Source: a bacterium (lineage in GTDB: Bacteria > Zhuqueibacterota > Zhuqueibacteria > Residuimicrobiales > Krinioviventaceae). From it: a stretch of DNA of 64,000 bases. A model generated the notes under the pieces. It made no database searches. It was not told where the DNA came from and saw only the letters and a program-made list of their open reading frames with translations. Shown here in pieces: positions 10,901 through 20,064 of this stretch (positions are counted from its first letter, which is position 1; every line of letters begins with the position of its first letter). Where the stretch lies: the NCBI GenBank assembly GCA_963675755.2, contig CAXXMD010000003.1, positions 3,488,001 to 3,552,000 on the forward strand, written 5' to 3'. A program made the translations under genes and the position numbers.

Positions 10901-11894
10901 TGGTGAGCTCGTCATCGATTCATGGATAGTCGATATGGCCAGCTCATTACGCTCCATATATATTAATCTTGAAAAGGAACGTGAATACAAAATCCGTATG
11001 GAGTTTTTTGAAAATGTCGGGACGTGTGAAGCACATCTGGGACTTGCTTATTATGGAAAAGGTGATGATATTGAACAGGCTGCCATTGCTGCCAGTGAAT
11101 CAGACGTTGCAATTATCTGTGCCGGACTGCGTGAAACGCTCGAGGGTGAAGGTAATGATCGTGAACAGCTTTCCCTGCCTGATGATCAGGTGAAACTGAT
11201 TAATGCAGTTGTTAAAGCGAATAAAAACACTATTGTTGTTTTAAATAATGCAACACCCATATTGATGAATGAATGGATAAAAGGTGTTCCGGCAATCATT
11301 GAAGCCTTTTACCCCGGCCAGGAAGGCGGGCATGCACTGGCCGAAATACTTTTCGGTGATGTTAATCCTTCTGGTAAACTCCCATTGACTTTTATCAAGT
11401 CGTGGAAGGATTCCCCGGTCTACAAAACGTATCCCGGTCCAAAAGATTCTGTAACGTATTCAGAAGGCCTGTTTGTTGGTTATCGTCATTTTGATAAATA
11501 TAATATTGAACCGCTATTTCCATTTGGACATGGATTGTCATATACCACATTCAAATACAGCAACCTGGATATTACTAAACAGAATGATGTATTTATTGTC
11601 AAGGTTGATATCCAAAATACAGGTAATATGGCTAGTGATGAGATTGTTCAACTATACGTCCAGGATGTTGAGTCAAGTGTTGTACGCGAAGTAAAAGTAT
11701 TAAAGGGATTTAAAAGAGTCAATTTAGAACCCAATGAAAGTAAAACGGTAACATTTAAACTGGATAAAAGTGCATTTGCTTTTTATGATGTGAAAACAAA
11801 ACAATGGATCACTGAACCGGGTGAATTTAGGGTGTTGATAGGAAGATCTTCTAGAGATATACGATTAAAAAAAAGTTTTGAATTGGAAAACTAG
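7995..11894 (+). CDS. Secreted fusion: DUF4434-like GH domain + GH3 beta-glucosidase (PA14 insert, Fn3-like C-terminus)
   Basis: Signal peptide; FYGWYISEE; GH3 motifs RLGIP, GRTFESFGEDP, KHFAVN, GFVVSDW, PGQEGG, PSGKLP, FPFGHGLSY. Confidence 0.85.
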   Translation: MIKFKTLLSSYSSFQFILLFVHLLFSLFFIQNTFAENTKQNCSLTLVPPSPVSDQIVVTIRSALRNQFDQDKEFEAAIYLDREDDAALLYKESVIVPAKSVKGISFRWHTKDYAGDHEIILKVKSGKNVSKQKQFLKIVKSDNPSIATIDGAWCGFYMWGNEGVLWMDELVKMTEIQWRELVRAMDEIGMNIIVLQESFRNQEYADAHSIEQEGYKGKAFYPSRLFPGRMSIESKDPLEVILCEADERGMHVFVPVGLYAWFDFSKGSLQWHKKVATELWQRYGHHSSFYGWYISEEVDGSLSSNNTDDIVINRHHADIVHFFKEFQAHVRTLTPDKPVLFAPSCHNIRDGLNVYPKLLPHIDILCPFGFSRMPEGDLTGEQAAAQLQQLCDNAGTHFWMDLEAFLFGEHEELYPRDIEGIISDLNRFNNFEKIICFQYPGLFNAPWASRKPGGEATVKLYRDYKSYYDKKTVEFENQELLSNNDIAEYRNPALPVEKRVNDLLNRMSFAEKVDMVSGAGFTTKPNIRLGIPEIVMTDGPLGPNTKGRATNYSASINMASTWDDLLIKRVGVSMGEETRVLGRNMLLGPCLNIARVPQHGRTFESFGEDPFLTSRMAVAYIKGVQSQRVITSTKHFAVNNQEWNRGVVDVNVDERALREIYLPAFKAAVQEADTWSIMAAYNKFRGAYCCSNRYLLTDILKNDWGFDGFVVSDWGGVHNTVQTANSGLDLEMPDGAFLGDDLIAAIEHGEVSKDVVDEKVRRILWVMFKAGLFDESVKDYGGLANTEERRALALEVARKSIVLLKNENKILPLDRNKIKSIAVIGPNADEARMYGGGSGYLPAHYAISPLLGLHDRVGDDIEIRFVKSGRLKRQTLPAIESILLTPSGAKTGEHGLLGEYFNNKDLEGEPALSRIDDQVDFSWDTDSPAPGVLNEDLFSARWTGTFTSPGSGMFELGIMSDNGCRLYLDGELVIDSWIVDMASSLRSIYINLEKEREYKIRMEFFENVGTCEAHLGLAYYGKGDDIEQAAIAASESDVAIICAGLRETLEGEGNDREQLSLPDDQVKLINAVVKANKNTIVVLNNATPILMNEWIKGVPAIIEAFYPGQEGGHALAEILFGDVNPSGKLPLTFIKSWKDSPVYKTYPGPKDSVTYSEGLFVGYRHFDKYNIEPLFPFGHGLSYTTFKYSNLDITKQNDVFIVKVDIQNTGNMASDEIVQLYVQDVESSVVREVKVLKGFKRVNLEPNESKTVTFKLDKSAFAFYDVKTKQWITEPGEFRVLIGRSSRDIRLKKSFELEN

Positions 11895-12219
11895 AAATTT
11901 GTATCAGGCAAGTTGTTTTATTTTGTGATCATATTAAAGATCTTGGATGTTGAAATATTTATTTAATATTGTTATCAAATTTAGACAAATAATATCTATG
12001 CTATAATGCTTGAGAAGAAACTTATAGTTCAAGTTAGACCAAAAAAAAATAGATACATTGATTGAGCATGTTGCTAAGAATATTAACGAGTATGTAAGGA
12101 TATGACTCTAAAACGGCTCTAAAATGCCTCTATAAAAATGTTATGCAATGTTTAGATATGAAAAACCCCATAAGTTATTTAGAAACAAAGGGTTTTTTGG
12201 TTTACATTTTTTCTTAAAA

Positions 12220-12614
12220 GCACGCCCAGAAGTATTCGAAACTTCGACCTATCGGTTAAAAGTGGGTTGCTATGCAAAGATAAGTTAAATTCAAATAAAA
12301 AAGCCCCTAACTCTCGTAGAATCAGGGGCAATTTTCGCACGCCCAGAAGGATTTGAACCTTCGACCTATCGGTTAAAAGTGGGTTGCTATACAAAGATTA
12401 GTTAAATTCAAACAAAAAAGCCCCTAACTCACAAAGAATCAGGGGCAGTTTTAGCACGCCCAGAAGGATTCGAACCTTTGACCTATCGGTTAAAAGTGGG
12501 TTGCTATGTAAAGATTAGTTAAATTCAAACAAAAAAGCCCCTAACTCTTATAGAATCAGGGGCAGTTTTAGCACGCCCAGAAGGATTCGAACCTTCGACC
12601 TACGGATTAGAAGT
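12220..12614 (-). repeat. Tandem array, 117-bp period, of tRNA-Arg 3'-half-like sequence plus terminator hairpin (3 degenerate units + att copy)
   Basis: GCACGCCCAGAAG starts at 12220, 12337, 12454 and 12571; each unit has AAAAAAGCCCCTAACTC-n-AGAATCAGGGGCA. Confidence 0.95.
12571..12614. repeat. att site: duplicated 3' end of tRNA-Arg, left island boundary
   Basis: 44 bp identical to 62234-62277. Confidence 0.92.
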
Positions 12615-12700
12615 AATTGGGACAGCACTCGACTTAATTGTGCTAATGATTTGATTTTATTAGCATTACCGCTTGTCTAATTTGTCTCTGTATGGGGATC

Positions 12701-12720
12701 TGTGACAAATTCGTGACATT
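12701..12720. promoter_or_regulatory. Putative integrase arm-type sites (GTGACA repeats)
   Basis: TGTGACAAATTCGTGACATT about 90 bp inside the left att; matching motifs at 62071-62100. Confidence 0.55.
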
Positions 12721-12860
12721 TTTAATTGATGTCTAGTTTACAATGTAAATTAATGGATGATATTTATTAGTAATTTATTTCTTGAAGATTTTTAGCACAT
12801 AAGCTATTTATTTAAAGGCATGGTGATTAATCAGGGCTGTATATAGCCTCTTCCTCGGGT

Positions 12861-13260
12861 ATGATCTGGTCAACCGCGATGACACAGGGTGCTACATCTA
12901 TGCTGTTAAAGGCTATGGAAGAATCTGGTTGGTTCATAGTAGTTGAACGTGAGGGAATTTCAAACCTACTTAATGAAAGAAAGATTATTCGTTCTACTCG
13001 TGAGAATTATACGGATGATCAAGGGCAGCAATTACCTCCATTACCTCCATTGCTTTATGCAGGAGTTACAAGAGAGGGTGGAATCATTTCATACGAAACA
13101 AACACATTAACCGGTGGTTTTGGTGCACGATATTTTGGTATAGGCGGGAACAACGAGTTTCGCAGTGATCAGGTAAATATTTATTTGCGTTCTGTTGCAA
13201 CACAGTTGTGACCTATCCTAGACTACATCAATACCACTAAGACCATCCTTTCCCAAACTG
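12861..13260 (+). pseudogene. csgG: CsgG/HfaB curli-assembly family fragment
   Basis: STAMTQGA..ML.KA...SGWF.VVERE...NLLNERKIIR; GGIISYE.N..TGGFGARYFGIG; similarity (TTKTILSQ) continues past the stop in another frame; N- and C-termini missing. Confidence 0.75.
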
Positions 13261-14177
13261 TTGATTTCAGCATTTTGTCTTCGTTTAAGGCTTGCTGATT
13301 TAATTTTGAGCGCCTGTAGTCTTTTTGGTATAAATACCTTCCTAATTCTTTCATTCATAATATTGTCAAAAGTTACCCTACTTTTTGTTTGCCGCTTGAT
13401 CATGGTATACACTACTATTAGAGTGGTTTTTGAATAGAGAGTAATCTAAACAGAAATTTGTTTATGAAGACTTTAGTAAATTATGTTTTTTGCAATTCAA
13501 TATCACTTGAGGATTTTGATGAAAAAATTAATTATCAAATATTCAGTTGACTTCCTAACCAAAATTGGTACAATGATGTTTGGTGAATAAGACTTGGAAA
13601 CTGGAATATTATGAAATTTGTGATTTTTCGATTAATTTGAAAAAAGGAGAATATTATGGACATTGAAATATTTTTTGATTACCGTGAAATAGTTTCCCTT
13701 TTTATTACTGGGGTCTACATTGACTTGTTGTTAATTTGGAACAAAAAAAAAGTGGATTGTGAAAATGAAAATATGATGTATTCATTTTTTAAACAAATAA
13801 TAACGAGATTTAGTATTTATTTAATTATAATGATTTATACATATTGCAATATTTTTGTGATATATAGCTTACAATCTTTATGTTACAAAAATATTGTAAA
13901 ATTTGAAATTATATTTCAATTAAATCAAATGTTGTTAATATTAAATGATATGAAAATACATAGCCTATTTAAATCTTTGTTTAATAAACTTAAACAAAGT
14001 AATTGAGATAATAATATTCTAAGCCTACGATCTATTTTTTTACGATATAGTGATGAAGCCACTCAATACTATTCAACAGTATATCGTATAATCTGGGCTA
14101 TCGCCATTTCTTTAGGTGAAATATTAATGCTATTGAAATCATAAACCTGCTTAAATTCAATGAAAGTAAACATATCT

Positions 14178-14203
14178 AAAAAAGACCTCTAAGTAGAGGC
14201 CTT
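14178..14203 (-). terminator. Intrinsic terminator after integrase
   Basis: Minus strand AGGCCTCTACTTAGAGGTCTTTTTT. Confidence 0.55.
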
Positions 14204-14247
14204 TAATTATAAGAATCGGGGAGTAAATTAAACTGTGACATTAATTA

Positions 14248-15375
14248 TTAGGCTATTTGTTTGGATTTAGTTGAATTTTCAATACCATTCGTTTTATCTT
14301 CGGTAAAAAGTTGACACCATTCTCCCAGCAATTTAACAGCCTCAACCATTTCATTCCATTGTGGGTTAATGTATCTACTGGTAATAGATGTCCGTTTGTG
14401 CCCTAAAATCATAGCGATTACTGATTCCGGAACTTTAGCCACTGCTAGTCTAGTCGCTACTGTATGACGGAGATCATGGAATCTAAAGTTGTCAATTCCA
14501 GCTTTTGTGAGAGTAGTGCGCCAAGTCGTTTTTACAGACTTTAATTTTGTACCCTGTCGGTTTATGATTATATAATCATTTTGTTTTGGTAATGCAGACA
14601 ACAAAGTTTGTAAAAAATGGTTTATTGGGATTGTTCTGTCTTCATCGTTTTTTGTGTATTTAATCTCTATTTTCCTCTCATTCAGATTTACATCATCCCA
14701 TTTTAAATTAAAGATCTCTCCTTGTCTCATTCCAGTGTTTAAAGCTATTAATGTTATGGTGTACAAGTAACCCGTACAGGTTGATAATAATTTCTTATAT
14801 TCATCATCACTCAGAACCCTATTCCTTGATTTTTCTTTATCAAATTTGATAGATTTACTCACAACAGGATTCTTAGTAAGCATTTCCCACTCCATGCCCA
14901 TGTAAAAGATATGTTTCAAACAAGCTAGCTCTCTGTTGACTGTTGCATAGTTTCGGTCTTGTTCAGAGATACCTTTTGATTCATACTTGACATCCAACTC
15001 TCTTTTGCGACGGATCTGATATTTCTGAACATGTGCAACTTTGATGTTTTTAATGTCATAGTCACCAAGTTTTTTGTTATCAATTTCCATATTTAAAATA
15101 TTCTTTAGTGATACAACATCCCGATCCCAAGACCGTTTATTCGGCTTTGCATATTCGATGTACCTTTCAGCAAGTTCTTTTAAAGTGACAATTTTACTTT
15201 TTTCTAAAATTTTGTAATTTCCTTGTAATACCTGGAATTCGGCATCAGCAGCAAGTTTCTTAGCTTGTTCTTTGTTTTGAGCATCAAGTTTAATTCGGTA
15301 CCGTTTTCCTCTTACTGAAAAATGGGCATAGTAGGTTGTTTTGTTAACATCTTTTCTTTTGTAAATTTTTGCCAT
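14248..15375 (-). CDS. int: Tyrosine recombinase / phage-type integrase
   Basis: TGMRQGEI, TKN, RFHDLRHT, ILGH...TSRY catalytic residues; N-terminal arm-binding-like domain. Confidence 0.95.
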   Translation of the reverse strand: MAKIYKRKDVNKTTYYAHFSVRGKRYRIKLDAQNKEQAKKLAADAEFQVLQGNYKILEKSKIVTLKELAERYIEYAKPNKRSWDRDVVSLKNILNMEIDNKKLGDYDIKNIKVAHVQKYQIRRKRELDVKYESKGISEQDRNYATVNRELACLKHIFYMGMEWEMLTKNPVVSKSIKFDKEKSRNRVLSDDEYKKLLSTCTGYLYTITLIALNTGMRQGEIFNLKWDDVNLNERKIEIKYTKNDEDRTIPINHFLQTLLSALPKQNDYIIINRQGTKLKSVKTTWRTTLTKAGIDNFRFHDLRHTVATRLAVAKVPESVIAMILGHKRTSITSRYINPQWNEMVEAVKLLGEWCQLFTEDKTNGIENSTKSKQIA

Positions 15376-15482
15376 AATTTATCTCCGTTACATTAAAGAA
15401 TTATTCTCATAATTCTTATACCTAATAAAAAAACCTTATTCCTCAGGTAAGGCTTGGTTGATTTTTAAACCTCAATTTCCTT

Positions 15483-15650
15483 TTAGCAACTTTGTCTTGA
15501 TATCCAATTGTTTATCTCATCGATATCAAATCTCAGGGATTTACCGATCCGAACTACCGGGATTCTGTTACGGTGAACAAGTTGATATACTGCTTGCTCA
15601 GTCATACTCAGATATTTTGCGACCTCCTTTACTTTTAGTAATTTAACCAT
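15483..15650 (-). CDS. Excisionase-family HTH protein, 55 aa (not in ORF track)
   Basis: Translates to MVKLLKVKEVAKYLSMTEQAVYQLVHRNRIPVVRIGKSLRFDIDEINNWISRQSC; AAGGA RBS; directly upstream of int. Confidence 0.85.
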   Translation of the reverse strand: MVKLLKVKEVAKYLSMTEQAVYQLVHRNRIPVVRIGKSLRFDIDEINNWISRQSC

Positions 15651-15663
15651 AATAATTACTTCC

Positions 15664-16212
15664 TTATTTATTTTTTTGCTGTTTAACTATTAAATTTTTT
15701 TCTGCCTTATTAATTATTTTTTCCAATTCAACTGCTACATATTTAAGCGAGAAATTCACATCTTTATATGATTCTAGAGTATATGTGAATGAAATAGTTT
15801 TATGTGGTTCGCGTAGGTTGATAAATTGAAGGATAAAATATTCTGTATTGTTTATTATTCCCCCAATTTCTAATAAAATATCATTTGATTTTAATGATTG
15901 ATTCAAATTATGTTCACATACACCTATTTCTATATTTATTGTCGGTTCATTTTCGTAATAAAGAAATGTGAAAATTAGTAAATCATTTATAATGTCCATT
16001 GAGTCAATATAAACATCATAAACTTTGAATATTAATCCAGGAATTAAGTCGGAAGCTTTTCTATTTGCTAATAGACCGTTGTGAGTATCATAAACACAAT
16101 TTCTGTCATTATCGAAATCACTGATAAAAACCTCATTCATATCAATGAAAGCTCTTTTATTATCTTTTTCAACAACGTTTATTTTAGATTTGTTTGTAAT
16201 ATTGTTACACAT
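15664..16212 (-). CDS. Hypothetical protein
   Basis: 182-aa ORF co-oriented with xis/int. Confidence 0.55.
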   Translation of the reverse strand: MCNNITNKSKINVVEKDNKRAFIDMNEVFISDFDNDRNCVYDTHNGLLANRKASDLIPGLIFKVYDVYIDSMDIINDLLIFTFLYYENEPTINIEIGVCEHNLNQSLKSNDILLEIGGIINNTEYFILQFINLREPHKTISFTYTLESYKDVNFSLKYVAVELEKIINKAEKNLIVKQQKNK

Positions 16213-16290
16213 ATTTACCTACCTTTTTTTTCTTAATTGCAATATACTGAATTTAAGAGACTGCCATAAGGCAGCCCCTATAGTGATTAT

Positions 16291-16572
16291 TTATCCTCCA
16301 TTTTTTAATGAGATTAGTTGCTTTGCTTCATCCGCTGATAAACCAATTTTTACAAGACGTTCTTCTAAAGCTGCTCCATCAATCTTACCGTATCTTAATT
16401 GAACGATGTTTCTACCACGCTGAATTGCAATTTCAGACTTAACAGCATCTACAACAATTGCGTGTAAAGCAGATTCAACAGATCCGTGACGACTGTATCG
16501 TTTTTGTTGAATCTGTTTAAGAACTTTAACCTCTGCTGCGCTGAGGTTGAAGTTTAAATTTACTTGGGGCAT
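16291..16572 (-). CDS. Small hypothetical protein, possibly ribbon-helix-helix DNA binding
   Basis: AAGGAGG RBS; N-terminal alternating strand QVNLNFNL followed by helices. Confidence 0.6.
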   Translation of the reverse strand: MPQVNLNFNLSAAEVKVLKQIQQKRYSRHGSVESALHAIVVDAVKSEIAIQRGRNIVQLRYGKIDGAALEERLVKIGLSADEAKQLISLKNGG

Positions 16573-16730
16573 TTATGCCTCCTTTCTAATTTTATTTATC
16601 CCTCCAAGTTTTTCTTGGATTTGGACTTGTCTTATTAAATCCATAAAATGTACCAAAATAACAAATGTAGGGTAAAAGCTTTAATAACAATCGCTTATCA
16701 GCGTTTATTTTTTATGTTTATTTATTGTAT

Positions 16731-16760
16731 TTTTGCATTGCGCATATGCGAAATGCAAAA
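16731..16760. promoter_or_regulatory. 30-bp near-perfect palindrome (operator-like) between divergent genes
   Basis: TTTTGCATTGCGCATATGCGAAATGCAAAA, one mismatched pair. Confidence 0.6.
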
Positions 16761-16810
16761 CGCAATAAGATTTTTTGTTGTTTTTTAACTGAATTGTATT
16801 ATATTTGATC

Positions 16811-18127
16811 ATGGACAGAGATGAAATTATCATTGAAATCATAAATGCATACTCGGGATATCCTGATCAAACAAAACTATCAAAGAGTACACGAAATTTT
16901 CTTAAGAAATTAGATGAAAAATCATGTCGCAACCTCTTTAATAGTATTGAAACTGAATTATTAAGAACTGAGGCGTTAGTTTGGGAAAAACTGACGTTGG
17001 CGATTTTACACTGGCAGGCGATAAACAATAAAAGTAGTACTCCTTTAATTCCAGATTATGCAATTAACAATATAGGTGTAGATAAATATACTCAATGCAA
17101 GTCAATTTCAGCAGCCGCTGGCCGTATTGATAAGGTTTTGAAAAAGGATATTGTTGGAACATCAGAAGTGATGCTGAATGTTAAAAAACAAACATGGATG
17201 GCATGTTTTGGGAATGATTTAACAAATTCTTTTTTTTATAAACCAGCAATTAAAAATCTAAATGTATTAATTTTGGGGGAAACCGGTACCGGTAAAGAAT
17301 TATTTGCCAAGGCTGTTCATAGTTCTGCTTATTGGCATAATAAAACAATCCATGCTCCTTCAGCAAGTGTTAACGTAGCCGCTTTTACTGATAATTTGAT
17401 TGATAGTGAATTATTCGGACACAAAAGAGGCGCATTTACAGGTGCGATTAATGACAGGATTGGTTTAATTACAAAATCAAATGGTGGAACATTTTTCCTT
17501 GATGAGGTTGGAGATCTTCCATTAGGTACACAAGTAAAATTATTAAGAGTCATTGAGACCAAAAAAGTCAGGCCAGTTGGTGTGGATACTGAAGTGAATG
17601 CAGATGTTCGTTACATTTCTGCTACAAATAAGATGGACATTCCCAACGATGACTTTAGAAGTGATTTATACGAGAGGTTAGCCGGAACAATTATCTATCT
17701 TCCTCCATTGAGAGAAAGATCTGAAAATGATATCAATCAGATCGTTCAACGAATTGTGATAAATAGCATGGATGAAGGTTTTCTATTTTCAGATGTTAAT
17801 GTTGTATTAGATAAAATTAATAAATATAAGAAAGGTTATAACTGGCCTGGCAATGTACGTGAATTGCAATCATTTGTTAGAGGGGTATTATTAGGAATTG
17901 TTGATGAGAATGACAAGTGGCGATCAACCAATAATTATAATAGAAAGGAATTCTCGGAAGAAATTCCAGATCAAATCATAAAGGGGGCATGGTCGGAAAA
18001 AAAAGTCAGAGATTGGTATACTGAGAAGGTGATGAATAATACTGGCAATAATATTTCAAAAACGTGTAAAATATTAGATGTAAATCCATCTACTTTGTTA
18101 AGAAGGAGAGGGAAAATTAATGGGTAA
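16811..18127 (+). CDS. Sigma54-interacting AAA+ transcriptional regulator with Fis-type HTH
   Basis: GETGTGKE, SELFGH.RGAFTGA, FFLDEVG, QVKLLR, FRSDLYERL, WPGNVREL, C-terminal HTH. Confidence 0.9.
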   Translation: MDRDEIIIEIINAYSGYPDQTKLSKSTRNFLKKLDEKSCRNLFNSIETELLRTEALVWEKLTLAILHWQAINNKSSTPLIPDYAINNIGVDKYTQCKSISAAAGRIDKVLKKDIVGTSEVMLNVKKQTWMACFGNDLTNSFFYKPAIKNLNVLILGETGTGKELFAKAVHSSAYWHNKTIHAPSASVNVAAFTDNLIDSELFGHKRGAFTGAINDRIGLITKSNGGTFFLDEVGDLPLGTQVKLLRVIETKKVRPVGVDTEVNADVRYISATNKMDIPNDDFRSDLYERLAGTIIYLPPLRERSENDINQIVQRIVINSMDEGFLFSDVNVVLDKINKYKKGYNWPGNVRELQSFVRGVLLGIVDENDKWRSTNNYNRKEFSEEIPDQIIKGAWSEKKVRDWYTEKVMNNTGNNISKTCKILDVNPSTLLRRRGKING

Positions 18128-18539
18128 AAATTCTTCTGGTTTTTACACAGATTTTGAGGTTTTTCTTTATGATTCTACAAAACTAATGTATCAAAATAAA
18201 ACTTTATCTGACAATTGGTTGAAGAGTATTGGTAAAACAATGGGCTATGGCTTCCTTGCTCAATTATTATCTACTTCATTAAAATATGAATTACCTTTTA
18301 ATCCCAAAGAAATTAGTTCAGTTTCCATTGGGCATGCAATGACAAAGACGATTGGCGATTTGATATCAAAAATTATCAGAGGAAAAGTTGATTTTTCAGA
18401 AGAACAAGAAATGGATCGTTTAGAAAAAGCAAAGTTATTGTTTTATGAATACCAGATCACCTTATCCGATAAGCAAAAAGAAGAAATGATTGATGAACTA
18501 TGCGATGATCTGGTATCAGGAGAAGACATCCTTTATTAA
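18120..18539 (+). CDS. Hypothetical protein overlapping the end of the AAA+ regulator
   Basis: 139-aa ORF; start overlaps the upstream stop. Confidence 0.65.
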   Translation: MGKNSSGFYTDFEVFLYDSTKLMYQNKTLSDNWLKSIGKTMGYGFLAQLLSTSLKYELPFNPKEISSVSIGHAMTKTIGDLISKIIRGKVDFSEEQEMDRLEKAKLLFYEYQITLSDKQKEEMIDELCDDLVSGEDILY

Positions 18540-19480
18540 GCTGGAATTTTATTTTTTCTCATCCAATCAATTGCATTGTTCAGAGTGTCGAGAGTTTCTT
18601 TAATATCCTTAATTCGCTTGGAGCTTTTATCATTTAAATTTTCCTCTTTAACGAGCTCTTTCATTATTTCTTTTTTCATATTAACTAATTTATCTATGCT
18701 TTTTTCAATCATGTAATGGTGTGCTTGGTTAACCACAAATACAGTCTTATACGTTACTTGTAATTTCAAGATTTCTACTCTTGCTTGAGCTGCTCCCAAT
18801 TGTAATAATAGCGGACTACCTCCTAGGATACTGGCTCCAATGAATCCTCCAGCCCCAGTAACCACCCACATCCCACCAGCCATTCCCCAACCACTTATTG
18901 ACAAAGCACCGCCTCCTAAGATTGCTAAACCATGTGAAGTAGCCGCTGCACCCGATAAACCAGCTGCAGTCCCGATTGCAGTGCCTATCGCTGGTGCCAT
19001 TAACCAACCTCCCCAAGCAAAAATTAACAATCCACCTACTCCAAACGCAATAATTTTAGCCCATTCAATTTTTTTGTGAGATTTCAATGCTTCTTGTTGA
19101 TTTTTAAGAATATCATCAACAATATCAAAATCTTGACTAAGAAGTGAACTCATATATAATAATGCTTTTTTAAAGTCTTCTTTTTTGAATTTTAATTCAT
19201 ATGGAGCAAAAGGACTTGTAAATGCCAAATCAATTAAATATGTAGCTCTTTGATCTTCTTTGACTAAATTACATAATAGATTTTGTCTGTTAGTTTTATC
19301 AATGATATTGTTTTTATCCCCTTCGTAGGTTTCTAGAATTAATTTCCCTTTTTCATTATAAACATTTTTCTTTTTTTCTTTTCTCTTCTTTTTTTGCTCA
19401 AGCTCCATCAATTTTTCAACCATGAAATAGTTTCCCAAGGCAATAGCTTCTGAATATTCATTTTTAGCAGACTCTTGCAT
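18536..19480 (-). CDS. Hypothetical protein with Gly/Ala-rich hydrophobic hairpin and C-terminal coiled coil
   Basis: AIGTAIGTAAGLSGAAATSHGLAILGGGAL...GMAGG segment; GGAGG RBS. Confidence 0.75.
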   Translation of the reverse strand: MQESAKNEYSEAIALGNYFMVEKLMELEQKKKRKEKKKNVYNEKGKLILETYEGDKNNIIDKTNRQNLLCNLVKEDQRATYLIDLAFTSPFAPYELKFKKEDFKKALLYMSSLLSQDFDIVDDILKNQQEALKSHKKIEWAKIIAFGVGGLLIFAWGGWLMAPAIGTAIGTAAGLSGAAATSHGLAILGGGALSISGWGMAGGMWVVTGAGGFIGASILGGSPLLLQLGAAQARVEILKLQVTYKTVFVVNQAHHYMIEKSIDKLVNMKKEIMKELVKEENLNDKSSKRIKDIKETLDTLNNAIDWMRKNKIPA

Positions 19481-19523
19481 ACACCCTCCATTTACATTTT
19501 GTATTATATATCATGGGAAAAAA

Positions 19524-19862
19524 TTATTCTAGATCTTCCCCAAGAATTTGAATCATTCTCTTAATAACTCGTTTAGTTCTTTTGCTTTGAGTCTTGTATA
19601 AATCAACAATTTCATCTATAACCACGATATCTTCTTCATCAGGCTTTTCTGAATTGAATTTAAATAATTGAAACAAGGGTATATTTAAAGCATCTGAAAT
19701 CTTTTGGAGGGTTGTAACTGTAGGATTTTTTTCACCCCGTTCGATGCCCCCGATGTAAGTTGTATGTAAACCAGAACGATCAGCAAGTTCATCCTGAGAA
19801 TAACCGAGTTTCTTGCGCTCTTCTCTAATCCTGGAACCGATGTTCTTAAAGATGTTATCCAT
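19524..19862 (-). CDS. XRE-family HTH regulator
   Basis: IGSRIREERKKLGYSQDELA..SGLHTTYIGGIERGEKNPT. Confidence 0.9.
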   Translation of the reverse strand: MDNIFKNIGSRIREERKKLGYSQDELADRSGLHTTYIGGIERGEKNPTVTTLQKISDALNIPLFQLFKFNSEKPDEEDIVVIDEIVDLYKTQSKRTKRVIKRMIQILGEDLE

Positions 19863-20064
19863 TTCCCACTCTTTTTTTGATATTATAAATATTTTGAGTG
19901 AAAAATAGCAGAGACTAAAAGTATTAAATTCATAAAAAATAATTCTGTTGGTATATTTTTTATTGTTTTCTTGTGTATAGTTTTGTACAATACTATACAC
20001 ACCTTAAAGGGGTAAGCATTAATATTTAATAGATAACATTTTTAACTTTTTGGGAGGAATATCT

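Noticed and set aside
12179-12394. 71-aa ORF with internal repeat
   Set aside because: It is a translation of the tRNA-derived repeat array.
12220-12510. Extra tRNA-Lys(TTT) genes in the repeats
   Set aside because: No 5' acceptor strand or complete D-arm, and the anticodon stem does not pair.
12220-12614. Possible CRISPR array
   Set aside because: Units are nearly identical over 117 bp with no unique spacers, they derive from tRNA, and no cas genes are present.
13656-14006. 116-aa ORF
   Set aside because: Extremely AT-rich I/F/N/Y-biased sequence with no motifs; probably spurious.
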